Positions 37,067 through 50,199 of a stretch of DNA of 64,000 bases are shown here, piece by piece. This DNA is from Bigelowiella natans CCMP2755. Lineage: Eukaryota; Protista; Cercozoa. The position numbers and the translations under genes were made by a program. The notes beneath the pieces were generated by a model. That model made no database searches. It had not been told where the DNA came from and saw only the letters and a list, made by a program, of their open reading frames with translations. Where the stretch lies: assembly GCA_000320545.1 (NCBI GenBank), contig ADNK01003472.1:55973-119972 (forward strand). Reading direction: 5' to 3'. How positions within the stretch are numbered: the stretch's first letter is position 1; every line of letters begins with the position of its first letter.

Positions 37067-37775
37067 CTACCTTTAACCTATCCTCTCGCTCCTTCCTTAA
37101 CTTTCGAATAGCTGACGCCTCCTGTTTTCTTTTCTCCTCGGAATCTGCAACTCTACGATTCCATGTATACCTTCGAGGAAGGAGAAAAATAGTAGTATTA
37201 GACGGAAAACAGTATTTAGAGAATGGGCTATGATCATTTTAGAAGTAGTAGCGACAGATGGAAAACTACAAAGAATCGAGGGAACTTTCTCAACAACCAC
37301 ATCAAAGTATGGAAAATCATGGTGTCTACCCGCTATCGTATTCTCTTCGTTTGGAATCATCGGAGAGGATCTGCTCAGAAATATGGGTCTCAACGCTATG
37401 ATAGCTTTGACGAACACAACAAACCACCTCGTACACAGCCTGAAGATTCTGAAATTTTTTACTAGCCTCTTCATCGTTTTCATTTTTGTCCGGGTGCCAT
37501 TGTAGTGCGAGTTTTTTGTAGGCTTTCCGAATTTCTGCTTTCGATGCTCCAAACTGAACACCTACCGAACGTCATGCCATGATGATTCACGGGTTCTTCG
37601 TAACACAGCAGCAGCAGCAGCTGGCAACAGGAGCAGCAACCCAACGTCTTATTCTTATCATTTTACCTACGAAACGGTAAAAATCTTTCCAGTTGCCTTG
37701 GTCTTCCTCCTCCCCCTCCTCCTTCTCCTCCTCCTCCTCATTCCTCTCCCTCCCTCCTCGTTTATTGGGTGCCAT
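36313..37775 (-). CDS. DnaJ (J-domain) protein with Lys/Arg-rich C-terminus, multi-exon
   Basis: WKDFYRFVG / [40 protein letters not shown] / [13 protein letters not shown], including the HPD motif. The 3' end is approximate. Confidence 0.85.
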
Positions 37776-39582
37776 GAATTTATAAACTTAAAATCTTTCA
37801 GAGGGCTTCCTGGAAGGCGATTCTCTTTTCATTGTCAGAGGAAAGAGGGATCATGATCTCGTAGAGAGAGGTAGAGGGGGGGAAGGAGGGAAATGAAGGA
37901 GCAGAGAGTGGAGCTGATTCGGATTGTTGCGGAATTGTTGCAGAATAGTTGCATGAGAATCATTTTTCTCTGTGATATAGTTAGTTAGTTAGTTAGTTAA
38001 TCTTTTCGCGCCCTTGACTTCCCAGCTATGTTGTTACACCGAAGTGATTTTCATAGTGGATGTTGTCTCATAATGGACATTGCGAAAGTCAAAACTTGCA
38101 TATATGTCTCAATATATCCTCGATAGATCTCTTTTTTCATGTCCAGAAACAAATTGTTGCGAGACTCATCTTAAGTCTACAACGTTTCCAACACATCATA
38201 CTACCAGACTAAAATACATACCTACTTCATCATAGATAGTGCATGTTCTGTAGCAACAATACGAGCTCTGCTAACCAAGGATGCGACTCAGGACTTCATG
38301 ATTCTTACAAAACTTCGGTGCGACGTTGTTCATCGACTTCGATACTTCATTGGCGACAAAAAGTCGCACGTCGTATTTGTTATCTTTTTGATGAGTTGTA
38401 GACGGAAACTACTAGGTTACTAGCTTTTATTAGCAAACTAAACAAGTAAAACTACCGCATTGAAATGTACTAACTGCGAGAAAAATATAGGCAGAAAGAC
38501 GATGATTCGATAGATCGAGCTGAGAAAGACCAAACAAACAAACAACTTGCTCCGGAGACTGGAGGAGGAGAGTAACACACCCACTTGCGATTCTTGCCCT
38601 GCTCCCCGAACGAAAGTCAAGCGCATCTCTTAGGACGACGTGAAAAAGTAGCAAGGAGTGGCAAACGAGGAGGAGGAAAATAGTAGAGAAATAAGCACAT
38701 GGGAAGGAAAGACAAAGACCTAAATCCTTTCGTGGTCTGTGCGAGCGATCCGATTGGGAAAAAGAAGGCGCGCAAGAAAAAGAAGAAAAAAAGGAGCAAG
38801 CACAAAAAGGAAAAAAGGGTATCACTTAAAATCAATGTCACGAAGTAAAAACAATCTTTATTGGAAACCCTAGATGTTCTGTTTTATCCTGGAGCGTTTT
38901 TTTTTTTTTTGCACTTCAGCAGCAACTGAGCGAGCATAATTATAAGTACGTGAATGAGATTTGTTACTCTTAACTTTCAACTATTTAATGTGATGAAAGG
39001 ATGACCCAGATAGTAGCGATAATAGTTCCTTGAGCTCCGGCGTGGAAGATGGAGCATTGGCGAAGGACAAGGTAAAGTTAGGATTAGATTCAGCTGGAAG
39101 GATGCATACTAACTCAAAGGGTGTTTCTTGTTCTGATGCATATCTGTTTTTGCCCTCTTTGTCTCTCGCTGTTTCTCTTTGCATCCACCCAGACTGATCT
39201 AAAGATATTTCAAGAAATGTTTCTTGAGCGCGACACCAGTCAGTTACGAAATCTACGATAAATAGTTTGTTGTCAAATTATGTTCTGCTCGGATTTGGTT
39301 TAATTCGATTCTCACTTTTGACTATAGTTACATATTGCCGGCACATCCAACGCTTCAAATTACTTTATAATGCTGTAATTTAACCTAATGAAACAAGGCA
39401 AGGTTGTTGCAGAAGCATCGGTTTATGATCGTTTCTCCGACAATGAGGTACCAGATAACGTAAGACAAACAAAGGAGAATACTAGTCACAGATTATCTTT
39501 TTTCCTTCGGTACTAGTCTGAAGAGGATGATGAGAGGCAAGGAAAAGTCCGACTTGGACCAGGCCTTCGAAGGGCGGAAGAT

Positions 39583-40140
39583 ATGAGCAAGAAGAAAAAG
39601 AAGAAAAAGAAAAAGAAGAGCAAGAAGAAAAAGGAAGACAAGAAAAGGAAAAAGAGGAAGAAGAAGAAGGAGAACAAATCAAAGGACAAGAAAAGAAGAA
39701 GAGAGAAAACAAAGAAGAGTAGCGGCAGCAGTAGCAGTGACAGTTCTTCGTCCGACAGTGATGCCGATGACGGTAGCAGTGATTTCAGAAAATAGATGCT
39801 GTGTCTTCATTTTATCGTCATCATTCACCATTATTATTAACGCATGAACTACAACATAAATAGAGAAGAGCGTACCGAGACTCATCAATCTCCCATTAGC
39901 CTTTAAGGTAGCGAAGCATGGTGAATGGCTTTATTCCTTCTTACCCCCCTTTCACTTCTCTGAGATCAAAATATGGTAATTAGACGGTCGACTTATTGCT
40001 GGGGATTGCAAAAAGCATGAAGGATGAACTCCCTGGCATGCTAGGGTCATCATCACTTAAATCGACCCACTTCCTAACTCTAAACACAACGGTCACCACT
40101 CGATACAAACTACCACTTCTTATTCTCCCGTTTCTCTCTC

Positions 40141-40178
<38 letters not shown>

Positions 40179-41500
40179 TTAGGCATATTGATGAAGGAGA
40201 GGAGTTGGATATCTCAGGAATTCCGAATGAGGAGATTCGAGAAAAGCTCAGTGTGTTTTTCGAGGCTATGCTTTTTCGGAAGGGCCCAGAAGGGGTAGAT
40301 GCACCTCTTAATTGAAATTAAAAATTGTCACGAAAATCAAGCATCCAAAAGCCGTCAGCTTTAGTATTGGCTACATAATACACAAAGCTTATCTTGCTCC
40401 CAATTTTCTCCTTACAATTATCTCGCTGGCAATAAAGCGATTGATATTGAAAATTAGATGCGAAATGGGCTTGTGTGAACTAATAGTGTCTAAATAGATG
40501 TAGTATGGGAGCTAGTATACCGCACAACACCAATTACAACCCGGCCGAAATATGATACATGCTGTTGGTTTTTATTGTACAGGGATGGCAGAAGTCTTAC
40601 AACACACCGCCTTTACTTCCTCTTTTCTCGCCAAACATCGAAAGATATATTTTTAAGCCACAGCCGAAACCTCGGCGACGACTGGATAAGCCGAAAACTT
40701 CTTCGCCTAAGAATGATGCTACTGCTGATTCACAAGGAAGTGGTGACGAGCATGTTCAAAAGAGTTCTGGTAGTAATGAGGGGGAGAATCTATCATCGCT
40801 AATTAAGACTGAAGTGTTTGCAGTAGTGACAGAAAGACTACTGTTGTATCTACAATCACTATCGGATTGTGGGTAGAAATGTTAAGCACACATTCCATCA
40901 TAATGTTATATTTATATCGTCACTTTCGCTATCGTTTCTTAGCGGCACACACACATAAAAAAAAAAGTGTCGCAGGGCCCGCAATGCCGTCATTCCAGCA
41001 GCTCGAAGAAGCCAAAAAAATGGGTAGTAGTGGACCTAGTAGAAGTAGTTATCACTAGTGGCGTTGGCTGATCCAAGCCCTCATGTGGCAGCATAAGATA
41101 ATAATCTCATTTAATTGATCCATCTGCATTTCTCTTTACAGCGGAGGCCAAAGCGTGGGAAAATACTAACGATAGTGACGACGACAACGAGGAGGCGGAG
41201 GAGGAGGATCTCGGCCCGACGCTACCTGGCCAAAACTCAAAGGAGAAAGAATTGTAAGCAGAATAGTTGCAGCAGTAGTGTTTTGATCGTGTTGTTTTTG
41301 ATGTAACTGTAGAAACCAGGTAAGTCAGTACAGTAGCAAGACATTATGTTGGCACCCACAAAAGCAGTCTGTGGTGCAAATGCAGTTTTTACATGTTTTC
41401 TGCCAAGAAGGACAATGCGTATCTATTATGGGAGTGGTGATGTGAGTGATAGTACAGAGTAGTGATAGTGCTACGAAAAGGTGAGGAAGTGTGTCATTAT

Positions 41501-41541
<41 letters not shown>

Positions 41542-43100
41542 CTCTCTCTCAAACACACACAATACCAAGGGCCTTGGAAAATTTACGGAGAATCCGTGAG
41601 ATCGGGTTAGAACGTAAGAAATTAGAGGCGCTCAAGGTTCTATATACTAAACTTGCAAACAACGACAAGGATTCTGAAAATAAAGAAGAAGAAAGTGATC
41701 ATGATGATGATAGTTGCGAGAATGAAGACGAAAAATAGCAAGATATAGTAAACGTTACCGAATTGATAGGAAAGGAATATCTCACCCACTCAGTGCATCT
41801 GTAAGCAGCACATAACTTGTTCGTTGTAACTGTTGCTGTCCTCTTACTTTAGCCAAAGCGTGAAAACTGGATGACAGTCCTACCAGAAGAAAGAAGTATT
41901 GGCGGTAGCAATCCATTGGAACAGAAAGGACGGACATTCAGCATGAAAGGCGTCAAGAAGCGAGGGGTAGTAGTGAGTAGTATATTTTATGATGAGGATA
42001 ATTGTAATGGGTCTATTAAGGGTAGTATTGTTTGTTTTGAAGGACAAGATGATGATCAACAGTAGTGACTCTACTGATGCAAATTACTACATACTAGGAA
42101 TTGATCACAAACTACTACGAATTATTGTGTTTTCTAACCGAAGGACACAAGTGAGTGGACCATGACACCTGCAGAAAGAAGGCAAAAAGCAGCTGAGAAG
42201 CTGCTTGAGGAAACACATGGTAATACAATAATTTCTGCTTATGTTGTGCAAGAACAATCAGATCCTTAGCAAAGTTAAATATAATAGGGTCCACTTCATC
42301 CTCATCATCAAAGAAGCGTAAGCGCTCTCTGGCTCGGAAGCAACCGCTAAGAATGAAGGAAGAAAGGGTGGAGGCAAATGAATCTATTCAGAAAAAAAAG
42401 AAAAAGACAAAAAAGCAGCTGCAGGAACAAGAACAGCAAAGAGAATCTCTACTCAGCTTACATCAGAGGGAACGTCAGAAGAATAACAGCAAAAAAAAGG
42501 TAGTAGTAGTAGTACTGGTAGTAGTTCTAGTCATTACCATTGTGGAGTAGTAGCTATAGAGCGGCGGCAGTAGGTTGCAGGGAACAAAAGTAGTAGTTAA
42601 CGTGAGATGGTACTGTCCTTGTAGGGTTAGAAATAGACATACCATATCTATAATCTCTCCCGAGGAGAAAGAAGATATTCACATTGCTAGAATGAAGAAC
42701 AGCTATTGGCTATAACACTGCAAATAAACCCCGTCGTCCATATCTGTGATCAATGATTGAATTTTATCAGTTGCCACTTTCCATCGTCTTCACCATTGAC
42801 ACTATCATTATATTGATTATACAATATGCTTAGACGTTCATTTTCGATTTATTGATGTTTGTTAAAAGTCGCATTCTAGTTCGAATTATAGTGATTATCA
42901 ATATCATTTTAATTTCAAATTTAACTTCAGAAGCAAATCGGCGGGACATCAGGATTCAGCTTCCGTGGCATGCGAGAAGATCGTCAATTCAACAAAAAGG
43001 AGGTTGGTAACAGGGATTTTCTTTGTTATTCTTGTGAGTTAGTGGTATGATCTGGTTTCTGTTTTATCAATGAATTTATCAGAAAATAGGAAAAATATAT
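39583..43100 (+). CDS. GPALPP1/DUF3752-family protein, multi-exon; ends approximate, upstream exons possible from about 38500
   Basis: GPAMPS, DLGPTLPG, PKRENWMTVLPEE..RTFS, DTSEWTMTPAERRQK, RESLLSLHQ. Confidence 0.7.
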
Positions 43101-44101
43101 CGTTATTCAATTAATTCGCTAAATGTTATAACTTCAGCAACTGCGCGAATAAATTATTAACACATGTAGTACTCACCTGAGTAATCTTAATCCACGATGT
43201 AATGATAGGCAAAGAATATGAAAAACGCTGGCAAGGATCTCATGATGAGCTTCGGGCCTGGATCGCTATACAAATCAGGATTGTGACTGACGGCGATTGT
43301 TTGTAAAGAGTTGTCCATTTTTTTGTTGATCAGCAACAGTGGTTCTTTTTTAAATTTTGTTTTTGGTGACCGTGATCTTGAGATCAACACATTCATCATG
43401 TCATGAGTTGCCACATCATTGCTCGCCATGCGTTGAATAAGCTCTTCCAACATGTGTGACGCTCGGTGTGCACGCCACAGACAGAGCAATGTCCATTGCT
43501 AGATTGTGTGCGCGACCTGAACTGAATAACAGTGCAAGAGCGCGCGTGGAACGAATCTAAAGGTCTCAGATTGACTAATTCCCCACAGCCGCGCAGTTAT
43601 GCACAGTCTTCCCTTGAAGTTCACATGTTATTCGAGAAAGTTCTGCGCGTCGCCACTCTCAATGACACACTTCTAGACGACTTATACTGGCACAGCTAGC
43701 AGGCAGCACGACAGGAGAATTGGGACGACGCGCAACAAAAAGAACGCACTACGCAGCTCGTGCAACATGCAAGTGTCCCTGGAAGGTTACAGAAAGTGTC
43801 AGGAACACATGAATAAGAAGAATCACCTCGCATCCGCATCCAGGTGCGTGTATCTGTGCGCATCTACTAGACGTGCGCTGCATATGCCGAATGCTGCATG
43901 CATGTGCATCGACGTCGAGATTGTGATGTCACTCGCCAACTATGCACGCACGGCTTCCAGTCAGCAACCATGGACCAAATAAGTTGACAGATTACATTGC
44001 AAACAAGCTGAGATTTCGTTACACGTAAGTTGTATTTATACTTATACCACGCATGCTACTATCTGAGATGTTGTCATCTCAGAAGATTGTGTGACAAATA
44101 A

Positions 44102-44542
44102 CTAAGCTTTATATCCATCACCACTTCCAGCGAAAGCAAATTGCTCTTCAGCTGCAGCTTGATCGGAGCTCTTGGCAATACATGCCTCCGCATCCTTCTT
44201 GATCTCTTCAGGGTTAAGATTTTTACCGATGAACACAAATCGGGAGACACGCTTCTCCCCCCTCTTCCAGTTGACGGTAGGCTCTCCTCCAAAAAGCATG
44301 TGTACGGCCTGTGCCATCCATGAAATGGGTCAGTATTATTTCCAACGTAATAATATATGAGAGCGGCGAGATGCAAAGCAAGAAACCAACACCTGAAATA
44401 CGAATTTCTTCGCCATTCCTTCAATTGCGACGACGCCCTTGCTCCTGTATAAATCTACACCCTTTTCGACCATCATCTTCTGAATGAACTTGTTGAACCT
44501 GTGCAGGTGACATCAATGTTACACATACACACACACACACAC

Positions 44543-44580
<38 letters not shown>

Positions 44581-46127
44581 CGGGAGAGAACTAATTCCTT
44601 GTGTTGAAATTGTACCTTCCCATATCCAACTCGCCGTCCAAAGTAAATCCACAGGAGGAGACGGAATTGTCATGCTCATGTTCTTGATCGAAATTCACAA
44701 ATTCTTCATCTTTCTGGAGGACCTTATCCAGTGAAAATCCACCGATGTCCATTACCTCCGCTAGATCTACTCGCGAGTATTTGGTCTCAATCATCTTGGC
44801 CTCACCGTTCAGAACTCGCACTTGCTTCTTCACTTCTTCAAGACGTTTCTTGTCAACAAGATCCGTCTTGTTTAGGAGCAATACATCTGCAAATGCTACT
44901 TGCTCTACTGCTTCGTTTTCTCCCTGTTTTTCTTCTTTGAGCCTTTCGACGATCCATTTGCAATCGACTACAGTGATAATACCATCAATGCGGAATGCGG
45001 AAGCTACGTCGTCATCTGCGAAGAAGGTCTGAGCAACTGGGGCAGGATCTGCCATTCCAGTTGTCTCGATGATTACACCGTCAAGCTTCTTTCCACCTGC
45101 AATGAGCTTTTGAATTCTTTTCAGAGTCTTGATCAAATCTCCACGGACAGTACAGCAGATACATCCATTATTCATCTCCACCACGTCTTCGTCATCTTTG
45201 AACTTGTTTCTCACAAGCTGGTCGTCAACTCCAACACTACCGAATTCGTTCTCAATTACCGCATACTTTCGTTGCTTCTGCTCCGTGAGGATGTAGTTCA
45301 GCAAGGTCGTCTTGCCTGAACCTGAGAAGTTCGATTTCAACATATCAAAAATTCAATAAGAATGTATGACAAAGAATTTAAACTTTTATACCTAAGAATC
45401 CAGTAAGTACCGTAACCGGAACCTTAGTCTTCTCTACCAATTTACGTTGTCCCTCTCTCATCTCTACGAAGGCCGCAAGCTCTTCTGTGTGGTTGAAAAG
45501 ATTTTTGTACAACTTTGATGGATGTAATTCGTTTGCCTTCGCAGCATCTACAGAGGCAGCTTTTGGTGCCATGAAGTCCACAAGGGCAAATGCACGTACT
45601 GCAAGGACGTGAGCCACACATTCATTTTTCTTCTCGAAATCGCTTGCTCGCTCGAGTAAAACCAGCGCACGCCCGGCATCAGCGGCTGCCCCACCATTTT
45701 TCCCGCCTGCAAGCTCATACATTGCTTTAACTGCAAAGAGACTCCATGCCTTGGCAGGGAGCTTTTTCATTGCTTCAACGGCACCCTTTTGATCTGTCTC
45801 GTCCGCCACCCATCCCAGCTTTTCCAGTTCCTTCTGTGCAGCAGACGCCGACATTGTGGACTCTGATATTGCGGGATGCGAGAACTTGAGAATCTTTAAT
45901 CGCATGCCCTGTGGAGTAGACTCATTATCGGCTTTGATGCAAAGCTCGGGCGAGTCAACAGGGACGTATATCAGTGGTCCGGAACTCAGTTTCACTTGGT
46001 ACGGAACAGATTTTTCCCATCCTGGTTCTTTATAATTGATCTTCACAATGACTCCTGCCTTCCATCCAGAGTCGACTCGACATTGGACGGCAGTACCGAC
46101 ATCAAAACGATATTTCTTATCACTCAT
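44102..46127 (-). CDS. COG0523/CobW (ZNG1-like) zinc metallochaperone GTPase with an N-terminal extension of about 235 aa, 4 exons
   Basis: VPVTVLTGFLG|SGKTTLL, IENEFG, NNGCICCTVRGDL, IIETTGMADPAPV, LNKTDL, and a CobW_C region LYRSKG..FVFQ|AVH..SRFVFIGKNL. Confidence 0.92.
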
Positions 46128-47174
46128 CCTTCCTATCCTTCCTCACGCAATCAGCACTTCTAAAAGATGTGCCGTGCGAACTGCGATGGGTGCGAGGTGC
46201 GAATAAGCATCGAAAGCACGTGTGTCGCCAGTTATTGTAAATCATGTGAGGATTTCAATGTGCGACATCATTCAAAACACTCACAACAATAATACCTATT
46301 AAAACGACACTCGTACACCGTTGTTACTTTAAGACATGTGAAAACATGCATAAAGATATTTGTTTGGACCTCTTTTCAACAAAAAATTAGCAATCCCGTT
46401 TCTGACTAATTGCTCACTGATCGCATTGGCGACATCAAATTTATCTTGACGCATCTAGATGTTCAGACATCGTCGGCCTTTTCAACTCGAGGGCACCCTC
46501 GGAGTTGGTGAATGAAATATGCACATGTTTTATTTCATTACCAGTTGGAAATCTTGTCGTTGTCAAAATGCCTCCTAGGATGTGAAGTAAAACATGTTTT
46601 CTCATTGGAAACGGCTGACTGACTCATTTCATCCTGAGACATTTCAGTTTTTGGTTTGAACGAGTAGGACTACCAGTAGTCTTCAAGAGCAATGAAAAAC
46701 AAGATAAAATGTGCTAAATTTGTACTGAATGTGTCTACTCAAGTCACTTTGAAAATCCACAGAAACTCATGGTGATCAACATCCTCATTTAGCAGCTTGT
46801 GTTTTTTTCCTGAGCTATGAGAATATCATTGTCGCAATATAAATATGGGTGTTCTAAACGCAGAAGTTAAGATCTAAATCGATCAATAATTGCGCCCGTG
46901 ATTGCGCTCGTAGCAAACCCTCGCCTGCATTTAACTCGACTTGCTCTTTCCCCAGCCCACCAATAATTCGGACAGGTTAAAAGAAGTTATCCATTTCGAC
47001 CTGAGGCTTTTTCACCTTATGCACATTCGAAAATATCCATATTGATATATGTTACCCCGCTGCACAACATGAAAGAAGCAGGAGATAGCGCTTTCCCAGA
47101 TGGGATGAAAGATTAATATTTACAAAAAATTGTTCATAATCATCTTGTATGTTGTCAGGAACGAGAGAAGTAGA

Positions 47175-48610
47175 ATGGCAAAGGTAGTGTCTTCGACTCC
47201 AATCATACCTTTATCTAACTCGCCCCCGGTTCCCTTGTCTCTGGAACACCTACCTGTTGACGTGTTCTGCTTGTGTAACAAACACTTAGGCTGAAGACCC
47301 AGTCCAGATGGAGGAGAAGTTTCAGACAGAGGTGAGAAGGAACTTCCAGGCAGTCAAACTCAATACTCGCATGACACTGACGGTAATACGTACGTTATTC
47401 GCGGTGTTTCGTAATTTGATCTGATGTTTAATGACAAGAATGCTTTTGGTGACAGCGGAAAACTACTTTGGGACATGTTGAGAAAGACCCAGAGGAAGGA
47501 GCTGTAAGTTATCGCGCTTATGTACCGCCTTCAAGTTTCAGCCCTCAGAACAAGCAGGGAGGTGTATCTTCCGCCTTTGCTGGGAAGACTGGTACACGCT
47601 TCAATGATCACCAGTCGCATTACCGAAAGACTAGTAGCCAAACCAACGTGCCGAGCCCTGTTACTAGTCACAGACTGTGGAAGGCTAAGGGTGGAGTCTC
47701 AATAGATAAAAACCCATCTCCTCGATTTGGAAAAGGTGGTATATATAAAAAGGCACAACACGACCACATCGGTCTGGGACATTCCAAGTCGCCAAGGAAT
47801 AGTAAGGGCGCCAACTTCTCCACTATTTCTCCAAGGAGGACAAACGATTGGCTGAAGAAAAAAGGAAATTCGGACGGAGAAGGGGAATCTAGCCTTCAAA
47901 CTGCAAGTGTTAGATCGAGCTTCAATACAAAGAAAAAAGGCACGGCTTTCGCAGGGCCTGTGGGCAAACGCTTTGAAGATCACCACTCCCATTTGAAGGG
48001 CGCTAAAGATTATGACAGAAGGGAGCTTTCGGGACATGCACAGTGGATTCAGAAGCAGCAAGGGAAAGGCCAGTATGACAGTGATCAAAAGAAACGATTT
48101 GAAGGTCATGGAGCTATTTATAAGGAGTCCCTTACAGATCATGTTGGCCTTACCCATTCCAAAATTGTCGCTAAGGTAGTAGTATTATGTCTCCCCCTTC
48201 ACTACGTAGTAGGAGTTATTCAAAAGGCCGTTTTTAACACCTTCTTTTTGCTATTTTGCTTGATGAAGGGAGCTGTAATTCCAAAAGAAAAAAGAGGTAC
48301 AAAGAAATGGCTGAAAACGAAGGGTAGGGAGGGGGATGAAGGAGAGCATCATGCTATGACCAGCCCGCTACGATCCGACTTCGATAAAGCTAAGGATAAT
48401 AAGTCACCATCACCAGCTTTCGCCGGCAAGATTGCATCAAGATTTAGCGATCATCACAGCCACCTGAAAGATTCAAACAAGGAAGATTCTCGTGAACATT
48501 TAGGACATCAAACGTGGAAAACCCCAAAAGGCCTTGCTATGGCCTCTACCACAGAGCGATTTAGTAGCTATGGCTCTATTTACAAAAAGAATTTCAAACC
48601 CATTCAGTAG
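47175..48610 (+). CDS. Basic protein built from three repeats of about 120-130 aa; function unknown
   Basis: Repeats AFAGKTGTRFNDHQSH / AFAGPVGKRFEDHHSH / AFAGKIASRFSDHHSH, each followed by H..W and RF...G.IYK. A probable intron at about 48176-48268 is read through in the ORF track. Confidence 0.7.
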
Positions 48611-50199
48611 TTGTAGCAGCCGTATTGTTGATCAACGATCAATCATGTACGAAGAAGAAGCTGTATTCCATAGGAGCTCGCCTGCCTGCCGAATTAAAAT
48701 GTGATTATTTCTCAATAATTGCTTTCATCGAATCATTATAGCCATGAAAGCTACTAGATCAGTGCATTATGGGTGTTCGATTTGTCCTGCCTGTATCCCG
48801 CTGTACAGGAATCTGCGCATTGTAATGCAATTCTGGGTTCACTTTGATTGGCAACGTAACTACTACCTCATGGCGCCATGTGCGCTTCGTGAATGGCAGT
48901 CAGCCAATGCTGCCGTCAGCCATGCTAGCATGCACACCACACACGTACCGCATCACAATGAATGGACCAAACCCCGCCAGCTTTGCGTCAAATCAGCAGT
49001 CTCTCGGCGATTGCACTGCTTGTGTGTACGTGGTGCCGCCAACTTGAGAACTAGCTTCTGCGGCGGCATGTGTGTCCAGTTCCTTCGTCCGGCTTGTTTG
49101 CCTATGCACGTGCATGCGCACTAGCGCAAGCGATCTAGCTAGCTAGGCCCGCGCTGTCTCCTGCTAGCCTGCTTATATAAGCCCGCACCCAATTGTGCGA
49201 TGTGATCTGCGTTGCCTCTACGATACGCGTGTTGCTGCAGGCACAACTGAGGCGATGGCTTGCGCCAGACTGCCCATATCCGGCTTTCATGCGCGCCCTC
49301 TAACGTGACCGGCTGTGTACGTGTTTACTGCACTTCACAATTGCGTGTGCACATGCATGCGACGCAACAATGACATTTGCGCACGGACGAAGGGACTGGA
49401 TTTGCGATCATACGAGTAGCACCCAATTAAAGCCAAGTGATCGCTGCAGCGATGCGCACCAGCTCTGACGCATGCACGAATTTAATTGCGACTTGAATCG
49501 CCAGCCTGCTGGCACGTACACATGGTGCAGGCTTCCTGATGCTTTTACGAGCCCATACTAGCACGTGTGTGCAGATGCGCGCAGCCGCCACTACGTGTAC
49601 GTACACGCAGCCTGTTGTGTACGTAGTGGTGTGCGATGACTGTCACTATAACATGACGATATTAAATGATGACACTCTGCCAGCTAGCAATGCACACATT
49701 GCACACATTGCATGAAATAAATTGAAGCCATGCAGGACTTAGGATAGCCATGGCGCGTGTTTAGAGCAAAATTTTGTACACTACGTGCACGATGCAGTCA
49801 CCAAATCTAATGCTTAAGATGCTCATGCATGTCTTCACTGCACAGGAAGCATATGATGTCATCGCTATCAATGATCATGACTAAATGAGCTCTTGATAGA
49901 ACGTACCAGAACAGAATGCTATGGGCGTGTTTCACGCCAATCTGAATAACAGTTCAGAAACATACCATGCGAGTAGGTTGCAGCGTTGCTACAGCATTGA
50001 ACTACTGTGCGTGAACAAGCACATTCGGCACAAAGTTACGTGATAATTTCTGTTTCATTCAGCAGTGGGGGGAAAATACAACCACTGCATATTTTCTTTC
50101 TAGTCACAACACCCTTGCAAATAATTGTTTTCGTCATTATCATCATCATAGTCATCATCGTTATCCTCGTCTTCGTCAGAAATGCTGCTGCTTGCATCG

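Noticed and set aside
43187-43489. 100-aa minus-strand ORF
   Set aside because: No recognisable motif, and it starts in a TpA-depleted spacer. It cannot be supported as a gene.
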